Part shown: piece after piece, positions 22,252 through 31,040 of the stretch | Layout of the letters: every line of letters starts with the position of its first letter | How positions within the stretch are numbered: position 1 is the first letter of the stretch | From: Halalkalibacterium halodurans | Lineage (GTDB): Bacteria; Bacillota; Bacilli; Bacillales; Bacillaceae_D | Assembly (NCBI RefSeq): GCF_004376175.1 | Contig: NZ_SNUY01000017.1 | Span: 28,529-60,528, forward strand | Length of the DNA: 32,000 nucleotides | Reading direction: 5' to 3' | Notes under the pieces: model-generated | What the model saw: only the letters and a program-made list of their open reading frames with translations | The model's database searches: none | Told to the model about the DNA's origin: nothing | Program-made: the position numbers and the translations under genes

Positions 22252-23205
22252 TTAATAAGGCCGTTCCTCACGCTTCTGGGAAAAGTAGCGTTCCTTTAGC
22301 TCCGTTTCTAAATACTGATCGACCATCGCTTCGACTAGTTTATCTGATAGCCGCACCTCACGATCAACAATATCAAGGAAGAGAGGAATCCCCCTACCGT
22401 CTTCAGGAGTCATCGTTGCTAAGAAATCAGCAACATCGTTCATCTCCTCCGCCTGCTCTTCTAACATATCAAACCCTGTAATAGCCGGACTACTGCTAGC
22501 CCTCATCCAGACAGATCGGAGCCCAGCTTTCTGTTGAATGCTTTCAATATATAAACTCTCCCTTTTATGCAATACACCGAATAACAAATCCCGATCATAG
22601 ACAGTTTGGTGTTTAAACATCGTCGTAAAAGGGGATAGACTACCAATATTCCTTGTTGTTATCTCCTCTGACACGCCAACAAGAAGGGTCCCTCGCTCTA
22701 GGGCCCTGTTTCTAAGTACTTCCCACTCCTCTGGAGCATCGATTCGATAATGGTACAAGGCGCCATCCATCATTAAAATGGCAAGTTCTGCTTGATCCAT
22801 TAAATCTAGTGCTGCTTTAAGTTCAAGCTTCGACAAAATGTGGGCTCGCCATTTCAGCGGCTCCGTCTCATCCTCAGGTGAGTCAAGAAGAGGTGAATAG
22901 ACGTCTGTTTTTTTCGTTTCAACACCTTGGAGTGTTTTCGCTAAAGCTTGAAATAAATAGAGCACATGAGGAGGCGATCCCTTTGTCTGATTAACCGACC
23001 CATCCACAGCTCCGATCTGCTTATTATCAAGCCAACGAGCAATCATTTCGCTCCCTAAAGGCTCCATTTGTCGAAAGACAGCTCCTGAAATCGATAAAGA
23101 GTGTCGAATTTTGTCTACTTCGAGTGACGAAATAGTTGACCTTTCTTTTAAGATATCGTTAATTTTCGTCAGTTTTTCTATTAAATCTGAAGAGATTTCA
23201 ATCAT
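22252..23205 (-). CDS. NurA-like nuclease (RNase H-like fold), 317 aa from the preferred start
   Basis: The ordered motifs are IGAVDGS, KLELKA, ILMMDGALY, VGVSEE and GIPLFLDIVDRE. This is the order and spacing of NurA acidic catalytic motifs as I recall them. The preferred start is ATG at 23203-23205 (MIEISSD...), preceded by GAAAGGATGAAAAT. The ORF-track TTG at 23256 has no RBS. Confidence 0.7.
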   Translation of the reverse strand: MIEISSDLIEKLTKINDILKERSTISSLEVDKIRHSLSISGAVFRQMEPLGSEMIARWLDNKQIGAVDGSVNQTKGSPPHVLYLFQALAKTLQGVETKKTDVYSPLLDSPEDETEPLKWRAHILSKLELKAALDLMDQAELAILMMDGALYHYRIDAPEEWEVLRNRALERGTLLVGVSEEITTRNIGSLSPFTTMFKHQTVYDRDLLFGVLHKRESLYIESIQQKAGLRSVWMRASSSPAITGFDMLEEQAEEMNDVADFLATMTPEDGRGIPLFLDIVDREVRLSDKLVEAMVDQYLETELKERYFSQKREERPY

Positions 23206-23295
23206 ATTTTCATCCTTTCGTTTACGTAATACGTTGATATAAAAGGAATCTAGCAAAAAGGAAAAAATTACATTGAATTTTTCTCAAAAAAGTAA

Positions 23296-23324
23296 TTGAC
23301 TTGTTTTGGAAACATTGGTATTCT
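23296..23324 (+). promoter_or_regulatory. Sigma-A promoter candidate of abrB
   Basis: TTGACT (23296-23301), a 17-nt spacer, then TATTCT (23319-23324). Confidence 0.5.
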
Positions 23325-23341
23325 TAGTTCAGATAAAAAAA

Positions 23342-23358
23342 TGTCGAATTATGACACA
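23342..23358 (+). promoter_or_regulatory. Tandem Spo0A-box-like operator downstream of the abrB promoter
   Basis: TGTCGAA (23342-23348, an exact 0A-box consensus) is followed after 3 nt by TGACACA (23352-23358, degenerate). This lies about +11 to +28 from the predicted start and resembles the arrangement I recall for B. subtilis abrB. Confidence 0.55.
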
Positions 23359-23400
23359 TTTTATAAAACAGATTTATTTTTTTCGGGAGGAGAATTTTCT

Positions 23401-23691
23401 ATGAAATCTACTGGTATTGTTCGTAAAGTTGATGAACTTGGTCGTGTGGTAATTCCTATTGAGCTTCGTCGTACATTAGACATTGCTGAGAAAGATGCTC
23501 TTGAAATCTATGTCGACAATGATCGCATCATCTTGAAAAAGTATAAGCCAAACATGACTTGTCAAGTAACTGGTGAAGTATCTGACGACAACCTTTCTCT
23601 TGCAGAAGGAAAGATCATCTTAAGCCCTCAAGGTGCGAAAGATATCTTAAAAGATCTTCAAGATTACGTATCACGTACAACACAATCCTAA
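23401..23691 (+). CDS. abrB: Transition-state regulator AbrB
   Basis: MKSTGIVRKVDELGRVVIPIELRRTLDIAEKDALEIYVDNDRIILKKYKPNMTCQVTGEVSDDNL is nearly identical to B. subtilis AbrB as recalled. The start was trimmed to ATG at 23401, with GGGAGGAG upstream. It is the only plus-strand gene. Confidence 0.95.
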   Translation: MKSTGIVRKVDELGRVVIPIELRRTLDIAEKDALEIYVDNDRIILKKYKPNMTCQVTGEVSDDNLSLAEGKIILSPQGAKDILKDLQDYVSRTTQS

Positions 23692-23704
23692 TTGAAGGTT
23701 GCTC

Positions 23705-23736
23705 AGCTCTGGCAAATGCCAGAGCTTTCTTTTTTA
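23705..23736 (+). terminator. Rho-independent terminator after abrB
   Basis: AGCTCTGGCA-AA-TGCCAGAGCT stem followed by TTCTTTTTT. It abuts the convergent rsmI stop. Confidence 0.75.
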
Positions 23737-24603
23737 TTCTTGGTGATATATGTTGTAAATATCTCGCTTCGGTACCCCGCGGTCTGTCGCCACTTGTTTA
23801 ATGGCCTCTTTTGAACGAAATCCTAGTGCAATATAATGTTCTACATGCTGAACGGGTGACAAAGACTCCCACCATACTTCTTCAGGCTCAACCTTCTCTC
23901 CATTCCCCTCCACGATCAGACAGAACTCTCCCTTGATCGTAGCTTCTCTCGCCCAATGAACCGCTTCCTCTAACGTTCCTCGTAAAAACTCTTCATATGT
24001 CTTCGTCAATTCCCGGCAAATGCTCACATGGCGATTTCCTAGTATGAGCAGCATATCGTCAAGCGTGTCCTTTAGACGATGGGGAGATTCGTAAAAAATC
24101 AACGTCGCTTTTGTAGGCTTTGTCTCTTCTAACGCTTGGCGGCGCTGCTTTTTTTGCCGTGGGAGAAAGCCAATAAATTGAAAGCTTTCCGTCGGTAAAC
24201 CTGAAGCGATGAGCGCTGTAACAGCAGCATTCGCCCCTGGAATCGGGATGACGGCAATGCCCTCCTTAATCGCCGATACCACGAGCTCATACCCCGGATC
24301 GGAAATGGCAGGCATCCCCGCATCGCTAACGAGAGCGATCGTACGCCCTTCTATTAAATCATCGATCAATCGCTTGCCCATCGTCTCTTTATTGTGCTCA
24401 TGATAGCTCACAAGCTTCGTGGCAATGTCAAAATGGTTGAGCAGCTTTTTCGTCTGCCGTGTATCCTCTGCCGCGATTTGATCTACTTCCTTTAACGTCC
24501 GAATCGCACGAAACGTCACATCTTCCAAATTTCCAATCGGGGTGGCTACAAGATAGAGCGTTCCCTTGTCATCACGTTGTTGATAGCTTTGTTGTGTTTT
24601 CAT
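23734..24603 (-). CDS. rsmI: 16S rRNA (cytidine1402-2'-O)-methyltransferase (YabC)
   Basis: GTLYLVATPIGNLEDVTFRAIRTLKEVDQIAAEDTR and SDAGMPAISDPGYELV form the tetrapyrrole-methylase-fold RsmI signature. Confidence 0.93.
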   Translation of the reverse strand: MKTQQSYQQRDDKGTLYLVATPIGNLEDVTFRAIRTLKEVDQIAAEDTRQTKKLLNHFDIATKLVSYHEHNKETMGKRLIDDLIEGRTIALVSDAGMPAISDPGYELVVSAIKEGIAVIPIPGANAAVTALIASGLPTESFQFIGFLPRQKKQRRQALEETKPTKATLIFYESPHRLKDTLDDMLLILGNRHVSICRELTKTYEEFLRGTLEEAVHWAREATIKGEFCLIVEGNGEKVEPEEVWWESLSPVQHVEHYIALGFRSKEAIKQVATDRGVPKRDIYNIYHQE

Positions 24604-24856
24604 ATGGACCCCCTTTTAATGACACGAGCTGTTCCTTTTTCCGCCGTGACAGATGTTTCACTTCATATTCCCACCGCATCGCTTCTTCTTTAGATGGGAA
24701 GGCCCAAGTGGCAACGAGCCGAAATGGTCCTCTCCCCCGTGTATACTTGGCTCCTTTTCCACTAGCATGCTTTTTTATGCGCCTGTCTACATCTGTCGTG
24801 TATCCGGTATACCAGCTACCATCTTTACATTCTAATATGTACACGTAATGATTCAT
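24572..24856 (-). CDS. yazA: GIY-YIG domain protein (UPF0213, YazA-like)
   Basis: YVYILECKDGSWYTGYTTDVDRRIKKH...RWEYEVKHLSRRKK is present. It overlaps rsmI by 32 nt and yabB by 4 nt (ATGA). Confidence 0.88.
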   Translation of the reverse strand: MNHYVYILECKDGSWYTGYTTDVDRRIKKHASGKGAKYTRGRGPFRLVATWAFPSKEEAMRWEYEVKHLSRRKKEQLVSLKGGPYENTTKLSTT

Positions 24857-25596
24857 TGTCCCGCAAACACCTGCTGAAATTCTATCGTGTATTTCCCATT
24901 TCCATCATAGACAGTGAGTGGAGGGAGAACCTTTACTCCTGAATTACCGCCAAGCATACCTTCAATTAGAACGATATTCGCCTCCGCGCCTGCCTTCGGG
25001 TGGATGAATTGTAGCCGCTTTGGCTCGATGCGATACCGCTTCATCCCTTCGATTAATTCAGTTAATCGCTCGGGCCGGTGAACAATTGCTACTTTCCCTC
25101 GGTTCTTTACCATCTGGCTACTCACTCGTAACACATCATCAAGGGAGCAATGAATTTCATGACGAGCAATGGCCAAATAAGGGTTATCATTTAGCAAATC
25201 TTCATTCAAATTAGCAAAATACGGTGGGTTGCATGTCACCACATCAAAGGAATGCATCGGCATGTTCTTCGGCAGATCTTTAAGGTCTAAATTCATAAAC
25301 GTAAGCTGTTGCTCAAGGTCATTTAATTGACTGTTGCGGATCGCCATCTCAAACAAGCGTTCTTGAATCTCCACTCCGACCATTCGTGCCTTTGAGCGCT
25401 CCGTTAAGAGAAGAGGAACAATCCCATTTCCTGTACAAAGATCGAGTATGTCCCCTTTTTGTATCGGCAAATAGACAAATCGGGCAAGCAAAACGGCGTC
25501 CATTGAAAACGCAAACACATTTGGACTTTGAATCACTTGCCGCGTTCGTCCAGGTGTATAATCTATGCGCTCATCGTCGTATGTTGGAATCATCAC
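24853..25596 (-). CDS. yabB: SAM-dependent methyltransferase, tRNA (adenine37-N6) TrmN6/YabB-like
   Basis: The SAM motif ILDLCTGNGIVPLLL and the catalytic VVTCNPPYF (NPPY) are present. The start is GTG at 25596 or ATG at 25593, with GAGGAGGG upstream. Confidence 0.88.
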   Translation of the reverse strand: MMIPTYDDERIDYTPGRTRQVIQSPNVFAFSMDAVLLARFVYLPIQKGDILDLCTGNGIVPLLLTERSKARMVGVEIQERLFEMAIRNSQLNDLEQQLTFMNLDLKDLPKNMPMHSFDVVTCNPPYFANLNEDLLNDNPYLAIARHEIHCSLDDVLRVSSQMVKNRGKVAIVHRPERLTELIEGMKRYRIEPKRLQFIHPKAGAEANIVLIEGMLGGNSGVKVLPPLTVYDGNGKYTIEFQQVFAGQ

Positions 25597-25615
25597 CTAA
25601 GTCCCTCCTCATGAG

Positions 25616-25644
25616 CAAAAAAGCCTTTTCACCGGGAAAAGGCT
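25616..25644 (-). terminator. Rho-independent terminator after yabA
   Basis: Minus strand: AGCCTTTTC-CCGGT-GAAAAGGCT 9-bp stem followed by TTTTTTG. Confidence 0.75.
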
Positions 25645-25657
25645 ATCGCTTTATACA

Positions 25658-26008
25658 TTAGTCTTGATTTAAAAATGACAGGCAAAACAGGCAATCTTCT
25701 CCGTTTTTACGAAGGCTACCGTAATGAGTATTGCAAATATGAAATCCTTCTTGATAAAGACGGGCCAGATTATCATAGCCTTCTCCGACAAACGGCTTTC
25801 TCTCTTTCGTCACTTGCTCTTTCTCTTCCGTTTCTTCTAGTTCAGGCTCCCCTAATCGCTCACGTAGATGCTCATTCTCAATCGTTAAAAAATGATTTTC
25901 TTCGATTAAGTAAGCCAATTGCTCCTTTAGACCCCCAAGCTCCCGGTGCAGCTCACCGATCCGTTCCTCAAGTTGACTCACTTGTGTAAAAATCGCCTTT
26001 TTGTTCAC
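25658..26008 (-). CDS. yabA: DNA replication initiation control protein YabA
   Basis: An N-terminal coiled coil is followed by the C-terminal zinc motif [43 protein letters not shown] start with GAGGTGG upstream. Confidence 0.92.
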   Translation of the reverse strand: MNKKAIFTQVSQLEERIGELHRELGGLKEQLAYLIEENHFLTIENEHLRERLGEPELEETEEKEQVTKERKPFVGEGYDNLARLYQEGFHICNTHYGSLRKNGEDCLFCLSFLNQD

Positions 26009-26023
26009 GTATCAACCACCTCA

Positions 26024-26851
26024 TTATTCTGTGGCTTCAGCGGAAACAGCCCCTCGTTCTAATAGTTCCTCTAGGGAAAACTCCAGCACCCGCTCTCCTT
26101 CAAACAGATGAACTTGAACGAGTCGCTCCAGCATGTTTAACCCGACAACCTTTCCTTTCCCATGAGGTGTATCAATCGTTTCGCCAAGATCCGGCAGCTC
26201 CTGCTTCGCTGATTCATACATATCATTTTCATATTTTAAACAGCACATCAACCTGCCACAAAGGCCAGAGATTTTCGCTGGGTTTAACGAAAGGTTTTGA
26301 TCTTTCGCCATTTTGATGGACACAGGTTCGAAATCACCTAAAAAAGAGGAGCAGCAAAGGATTCGCCCACACGGCCCTATACCGCCAAGCATTTTTGCCT
26401 CATCACGAACACCGATTTGCCGCAATTCGATTCTCGTACGGAAAACCGAGGCTAAATCCTTAACAAGCTCCCGGAAATCAATACGACCATCGGCTGTAAA
26501 ATAAAACAATACCTTATTCCGATCAAACGTGTACTCCACGTCTACGAGCTTCATATCGAGCTGATGCTCCATAATTTTCTGAACACAGACGTCATAGGCT
26601 TTTTTTGCAGCCTCTTTATTTTCTTGAACCGCTAGCTTGTCCTTTTCGGTCGCTACGCGAATCACTTGCTTAAGCGGTAATACAACATCGTTGTCCCCGA
26701 CTGTTTTTTTCTCAATGACGACATTGCCGTATTCAACGCCTCGAGAAGTTTCCACAATAACACTCTCTCCTCGAGGAATGTCTAAGTCACCTGGAGAAAA
26801 GTAATAGATTTTGCCCGCTTTTTTAAAACGAACACCAACAACATGATGCAA
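26024..26851 (-). CDS. ricT: PSP1-domain protein RicT (YaaT), component of the RicAFT complex
   Basis: VVGVRFKKAGKIYYF..., IELRQIGVRDEAKMLGGIGPCGR.LCC..FLGDFEPVSIKMAKDQNLSLNP.KISGLCGRLMCCLKYEND is present. TTG start with AGGAGGG upstream. Confidence 0.92.
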   Translation of the reverse strand: MHHVVGVRFKKAGKIYYFSPGDLDIPRGESVIVETSRGVEYGNVVIEKKTVGDNDVVLPLKQVIRVATEKDKLAVQENKEAAKKAYDVCVQKIMEHQLDMKLVDVEYTFDRNKVLFYFTADGRIDFRELVKDLASVFRTRIELRQIGVRDEAKMLGGIGPCGRILCCSSFLGDFEPVSIKMAKDQNLSLNPAKISGLCGRLMCCLKYENDMYESAKQELPDLGETIDTPHGKGKVVGLNMLERLVQVHLFEGERVLEFSLEELLERGAVSAEATE

Positions 26852-26855
26852 TCTT

Positions 26856-27842
26856 TTATCCCTCCTGTAATCTGAGCATAAGCTTCTCCATCACAAGCTG
26901 TGGAGATACATTCGCACTCAGATGACGTTTCGCCTCAATAATGGCAGTCATTCCTTTACGGACTTTATGTTGTGAGAGGGCAAGCGCTTGTCGTGAAAGG
27001 GCCTCTTCCTCGCCAACGTAGGTGAACGCCTCTTCTTTTCCCACTTGTGTATATAAAAGGTCTCGAAACCATAAAAGAAGTAACTCTAATCCAAGCTCCT
27101 GTTTCGGGCGATCATCAAAGTGTGGTAACCATTGATCTTGAACCGTTAGTAACACTTGATTCGGCCGAGATTGGAGCTCTTCCATCAATTGTAACACTAG
27201 GCTTCGTGCTTGTGCAATCCACTCATCTGCCACAAACGCCATCGCTTCCTCAAAACTTGTTGTCAAACTTGCTAAGAGATTGGAAACGGATTCAGATATC
27301 CCCCCTTCTTCCAGTAATTTCGCAAATGCTTGCACCTCAAGCGGAGCAAAGGATAAAACCTGACTGCGCGACTTAATGGTAGGGAGCATGTTTTGCAGTT
27401 GTTCCGTCAACAATATTGCCACCGTATCTGCGAGTGGCTCTTCTAAAAATTTAAGCAGACTGTTCGCTGCACTAGTTGTCATTTTATCTGCATGGTTGAC
27501 GATGTACACTTTTTTTGCGGATTCCATCCCACGATAGGAAAATTCCTTTTGTAAATGCTCGACTTGATGTTTCTTGATCGACTGACCATCTGGCTCGATG
27601 AAATGAACATCCGGATGATTGCCATGCTCAATGCGCTTGCATTCTTTACACGTTTGACAAGGCTCAACTCCAGCTCTCTGTGCACAAAAGAAGCTCTTCG
27701 CTAAGTGAAGAGCCATGCGCTTTTTCCCAGTTCCCCGGTTCCCATCAAAGATGTAAGCATGAGCGAGTCGCCCTTTAGCCAAACTGTTTTTTAGCATCGT
27801 TGCGACAAATGGTTGGTTTTTGGCGAGATTTTCCCAAGTCAT
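26856..27842 (-). CDS. holB: DNA polymerase III delta-prime subunit
   Basis: LAHAYIFDGNRGTGKK (P-loop-like), the zinc module C..C..C, and clamp-loader AAA+ architecture are present. The start was trimmed to ATG at 27840-27842 (MTWENL...), preceded by AAGGAGGGGTCGCCT. Confidence 0.9.
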   Translation of the reverse strand: MTWENLAKNQPFVATMLKNSLAKGRLAHAYIFDGNRGTGKKRMALHLAKSFFCAQRAGVEPCQTCKECKRIEHGNHPDVHFIEPDGQSIKKHQVEHLQKEFSYRGMESAKKVYIVNHADKMTTSAANSLLKFLEEPLADTVAILLTEQLQNMLPTIKSRSQVLSFAPLEVQAFAKLLEEGGISESVSNLLASLTTSFEEAMAFVADEWIAQARSLVLQLMEELQSRPNQVLLTVQDQWLPHFDDRPKQELGLELLLLWFRDLLYTQVGKEEAFTYVGEEEALSRQALALSQHKVRKGMTAIIEAKRHLSANVSPQLVMEKLMLRLQEG

Positions 27843-27858
27843 AGGCGACCCCTCCTTG

Positions 27859-28200
<342 letters not shown>

Positions 28201-28206
28201 TCATTT

Positions 28207-28839
28207 TTAAAGTGATAGCCTTTGCTTTATCATGCGGACGGCATCAGCAACAACTTGATCAAAGGACTGGTTTGCATCAATCTCCACTACTCGTTCGGGG
28301 TACGTCTCGACTATCCGTTCATAACCTTCTTTTACTTTTTGGTGAAACGTAAGGGCCTCTTGGTCCAAGCGATTTTGCTCTCTTGACTGATCACGATGAA
28401 TTCGTGATAAACCTACGTCTGGATCTACACGAAAAAGCAAAGTTAAGTCCGGATAACGTCCTTCAATGGCAAATTCATTTATCGCTAAAATATCCTCAAA
28501 CCCAATACCTCTTGCATATCCCTGATACGCCAAACTACTATCAATGAAGCGATCGCATAGGACGACATGCCCTGCTTCCAGTGCTGGCAACACTTTTTCA
28601 ACCAGGTGCTGTCTACGGGCTGCTGCATAAAGCAATGCTTCTGTTCTCGGGTCCATTCTTGTATGGTCAACATCCAATATGATGGAACGAATTTGCTCAG
28701 CAATGGGGATTCCCCCTGGCTCACGGGTCCGTACGACCGATCGGCCGTTCTCTCTTAGCATTTCCTCAATCGCATCTAGCGCAGACGTTTTCCCTGCGCC
28801 TTCTCCACCTTCAACTGTAATAAAACAACCTTTCGTCAT
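28207..28839 (-). CDS. tmk: Thymidylate kinase
   Basis: [15 protein letters not shown]-loop, DRF...SSLAYQG motif, 210 aa. Confidence 0.95.
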   Translation of the reverse strand: MTKGCFITVEGGEGAGKTSALDAIEEMLRENGRSVVRTREPGGIPIAEQIRSIILDVDHTRMDPRTEALLYAAARRQHLVEKVLPALEAGHVVLCDRFIDSSLAYQGYARGIGFEDILAINEFAIEGRYPDLTLLFRVDPDVGLSRIHRDQSREQNRLDQEALTFHQKVKEGYERIVETYPERVVEIDANQSFDQVVADAVRMIKQRLSL

Positions 28840-30284
28840 GTCATAGCCTCCAACGTAAACACATACAACCCTTGTTGCTCAGAAGGTCTCCCCTGAAAAC
28901 GGGCCCCTGCCTCCTGCAACTGCTGAAATTGGGCAATTAACTGTTCTGTGATTTTTTCCCCTTTTAATAGGAGAGGTACCCCTGGGGGATAAGGGATAAC
29001 CGTTGCTCCACTCACTTTCCCCACAGCCTCTTCCACGGCAACCTCTTCAATTGAATATCGTTTTTGTTCATCATATGATAGATCAAGCGACGTGTGTGCT
29101 TGCCACGATAACGATAGGGGGCAAGCTTTACTTATTTGCTCAAGCGCAGGAAGCCGCTTGGTTGCTCGGCACATTTTGTCGATGATTTCCTCTTGTCGGA
29201 CTTTCTGTAAAGGGGTTAGCCCCCACATAAGCAAAACATGACGATCGTCTGCCAGCTCTGAGTATATCCCCTCTTTTTCAAGTTCCGTTTGCAAGGCAAA
29301 TCCTGTTGCCCCTTCTACTGTAATCACCGTTTTTAATGGATCGGTGGGTAGCGGGGAAAATGTAGCAACCGACAAACGCTCGACCTGTTCAATCCGCCTA
29401 TTTATCTCCGCGATGGAATCGAGCGTATCTTTTACATTCGTGAGATCCTCTAAAAATCCTCTTGCTGCATCTAATGAGGCAAGAATCGGATAGGATGGGC
29501 TGCTCGACTGCAAAATCTGCAATTGCTCTCGAATGGAATCCTTGATTTTCGAATGTAGTCCATGAGCAAAGTGAAGATAGGAGCCCATTGTTAAGGCGGG
29601 TAAGGTTTTATGCGCAGATTGAACGACTACGTCGGCCCCTTGCTCAAGTGCTTGTTTCGGAAATGGATCACCTACCGGAAAATGTGCTCCGTGCGCCTCA
29701 TCCACAAGTACGTACAATCCAGCTTCTTTCGCCATCTGGACGAGCGGACGGATCGAGCGGGCAACCCCATAATACGATGGATATGTTAAAATAAGTGCTT
29801 TCCCATTCGGGTGTTCTATTAGTGCTTGTTTTAACGTTTGTTCGGTAATACCTGTTGGCAATTGCGTTCTCTCATCGTAGGCTGGTGAAAGAAAGATTGG
29901 ATGGACCCTTGCCATCGCTAACCCATTCATCACCGATTTATGCGAATCCCTTTGTACAAAAACAGTATCGCCAGGCTCAAGTGTACCTAAAATCATTGCC
30001 AAATTACCAACCGTCGAGCCATTGACTAAAAAACACGTCGCTTCTGCCCCGACGTAGCGGGCTGTCAAAGCTTGAGCCTCTGCAATAACTCCTTCGGGGT
30101 CATGGAGATCATCAAGGCCGGTTAGCTCCGTTACATCAAGGGATAAAATGCTTTGAAAATATGAACAGGCATCCTTATGAAAAAGAGCCCCCTGCTTATG
30201 GCCTGGAACATGGCACGAGATAGGTCCCCCGCGATCATGCTGAACGAGCCGTTCAAATAGCGGCAATGTTGAGGCTTTTTTCAT
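28836..30284 (-). CDS. yaaO: Orn/Lys/Arg decarboxylase family (fold-type I PLP) protein, YaaO-like
   Basis: The 482-aa product has S.HK (QSAHKTL) for the PLP lysine, and its size and order match B. subtilis YaaO. Its stop overlaps the tmk start (ATGA). Confidence 0.88.
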   Translation of the reverse strand: MKKASTLPLFERLVQHDRGGPISCHVPGHKQGALFHKDACSYFQSILSLDVTELTGLDDLHDPEGVIAEAQALTARYVGAEATCFLVNGSTVGNLAMILGTLEPGDTVFVQRDSHKSVMNGLAMARVHPIFLSPAYDERTQLPTGITEQTLKQALIEHPNGKALILTYPSYYGVARSIRPLVQMAKEAGLYVLVDEAHGAHFPVGDPFPKQALEQGADVVVQSAHKTLPALTMGSYLHFAHGLHSKIKDSIREQLQILQSSSPSYPILASLDAARGFLEDLTNVKDTLDSIAEINRRIEQVERLSVATFSPLPTDPLKTVITVEGATGFALQTELEKEGIYSELADDRHVLLMWGLTPLQKVRQEEIIDKMCRATKRLPALEQISKACPLSLSWQAHTSLDLSYDEQKRYSIEEVAVEEAVGKVSGATVIPYPPGVPLLLKGEKITEQLIAQFQQLQEAGARFQGRPSEQQGLYVFTLEAMT

Positions 30285-30312
30285 GTTATGCTACTCCTTC
30301 TGTGTTTCTTCC

Positions 30313-30342
30313 ATTATAACGATTGACACTCACGTGGGGCAA
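30313..30342 (-). promoter_or_regulatory. Possible sigma-A promoter for the yaaO-tmk-... operon
   Basis: The minus strand has TATAAT (rc 30313-30318), with TTGCCC 18 nt upstream. The -35 is weak. Confidence 0.35.
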
Positions 30343-30551
30343 GTCCGCTAGTAGCATTTACACTCAAACATGTAAAGAGAACACAAACCTTTTGTCACTT
30401 CAATAAGAAGTGCCCGCTTACCAAGGAGAGAAAGAAATCCTAGAGAGCTTGCGAGTCGATGATGACTGATCATAAGGCGCTCTTGGGACGTTCGCCTCGT
30501 GTTTGGTGCCTGGTGCTAGAACTCTCTGGTTATCTCCTTTCCTATCTAATG

Positions 30552-30583
30552 AAAAAAGTGATAAGCCGTTTCGACTTATCACT
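30552..30583 (-). terminator. Rho-independent terminator after csfB/gin
   Basis: Minus strand: AGTGATAAG-TCGAAACGG-CTTATCACT 9-bp stem followed by TTTTTTC. Confidence 0.75.
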
Positions 30584-30590
30584 TACCACC

Positions 30591-30791
30591 TTATGTTTTC
30601 GGAAGGGCGATCTTTTTTAAACGGCGGACAAAATGGTAGTATGCCATATCCTCAATTTCCGTCTTCACTATTTCCTGTTCACAACCTTCGCAAATAAATG
30701 ATTCGAATAATTGAATACCTGATGGCCTCGGTTGTTCGCAAATGACGCACCTTTTTCGTTCCTGTACGGTTGTACCCTTTGGCTCGTTCAT
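30591..30791 (-). CDS. csfB: Anti-sigma-G factor CsfB (Gin), zinc-binding
   Basis: CVICEQ...FICEGCEQ double CxxC pairs and the C-terminal YYHFVRRLKKI resemble B. subtilis CsfB. The start was trimmed to ATG at 30789-30791 (MNEPKG...), preceded by GGGGGTGAAGTGG. Confidence 0.85.
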   Translation of the reverse strand: MNEPKGTTVQERKRCVICEQPRPSGIQLFESFICEGCEQEIVKTEIEDMAYYHFVRRLKKIALPKT

Positions 30792-30819
30792 CCACTTCAC
30801 CCCCGTTATCATCCTTGTC

Positions 30820-30848
30820 AAAAAACGCCCTGCTTAAACGCAGATGGC
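30820..30848 (-). terminator. Hairpin plus U-tract upstream of csfB, insulating it from the rRNA/repeat region
   Basis: Minus strand: GCCATCTGC-GTTTAA-GCAGGGC (bulged stem) followed by GTTTTTTG. Confidence 0.45.
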
Positions 30849-30981
30849 TTCAAATTTTCATTCTTTTCAGCGTTTTGCTACTTTTGATTCCTTTCTACAT
30901 CGTACGTTTCAAGTGGTATTCCCGTGCCTATCCGATCAAGGAAATCGAGAGGAAAAATTAAGTTTCCCCCTATCCGTTAAA

Positions 30982-31003
30982 CTCTGGCTCTCCTTGTAGA
31001 AAC
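30982..31003. repeat. Partial (3'-end) copy of the 128-nt repeat unit
   Basis: ctctggctctccttgtagaaac compared with ctcttggtcctccttgtagaaac at 31399-31421. Confidence 0.6.
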
Positions 31004-31040
31004 GATTTGAACTAAAAAGAGGCTGGGACAAAACCCGGTA

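Noticed and set aside
22252-23256. ORF-track start (TTG at 23256) for the NurA-like protein, which adds 17 N-terminal residues (MLDSFYINVLRKRKDEN).
   Set aside because: No Shine-Dalgarno sequence precedes it (upstream is TGTAATTTTTTCCTTT). The ATG at 23205 has GAAAGGATG at appropriate spacing.
20395-23400. Tested whether the nurA/herA-like insertion is a mobile element or genomic island.
   Set aside because: I saw no integrase, transposase or recombinase gene, no tRNA, no flanking direct or inverted repeats, and no base-composition shift visible by eye. Both ends are tightly fused to host regulatory DNA. It is therefore not called a mobile element.
30792-30860. Sigma-F-type promoter upstream of csfB (GTTTA ... 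GGATGATAA).
   Set aside because: The match to the GYATA-N15-GGnRAnAnTW pattern is only loose. The same sequence is better explained as a terminator hairpin plus the RBS region.
30770-30961. A 63-aa plus-strand ORF with a hydrophobic segment, and an overlapping 51-codon ATG ORF starting at 30843.
   Set aside because: The first starts inside csfB on the opposite strand and has no internal ATG. Neither ORF has an RBS. The region contains a minus-strand terminator and the first partial repeat copy.
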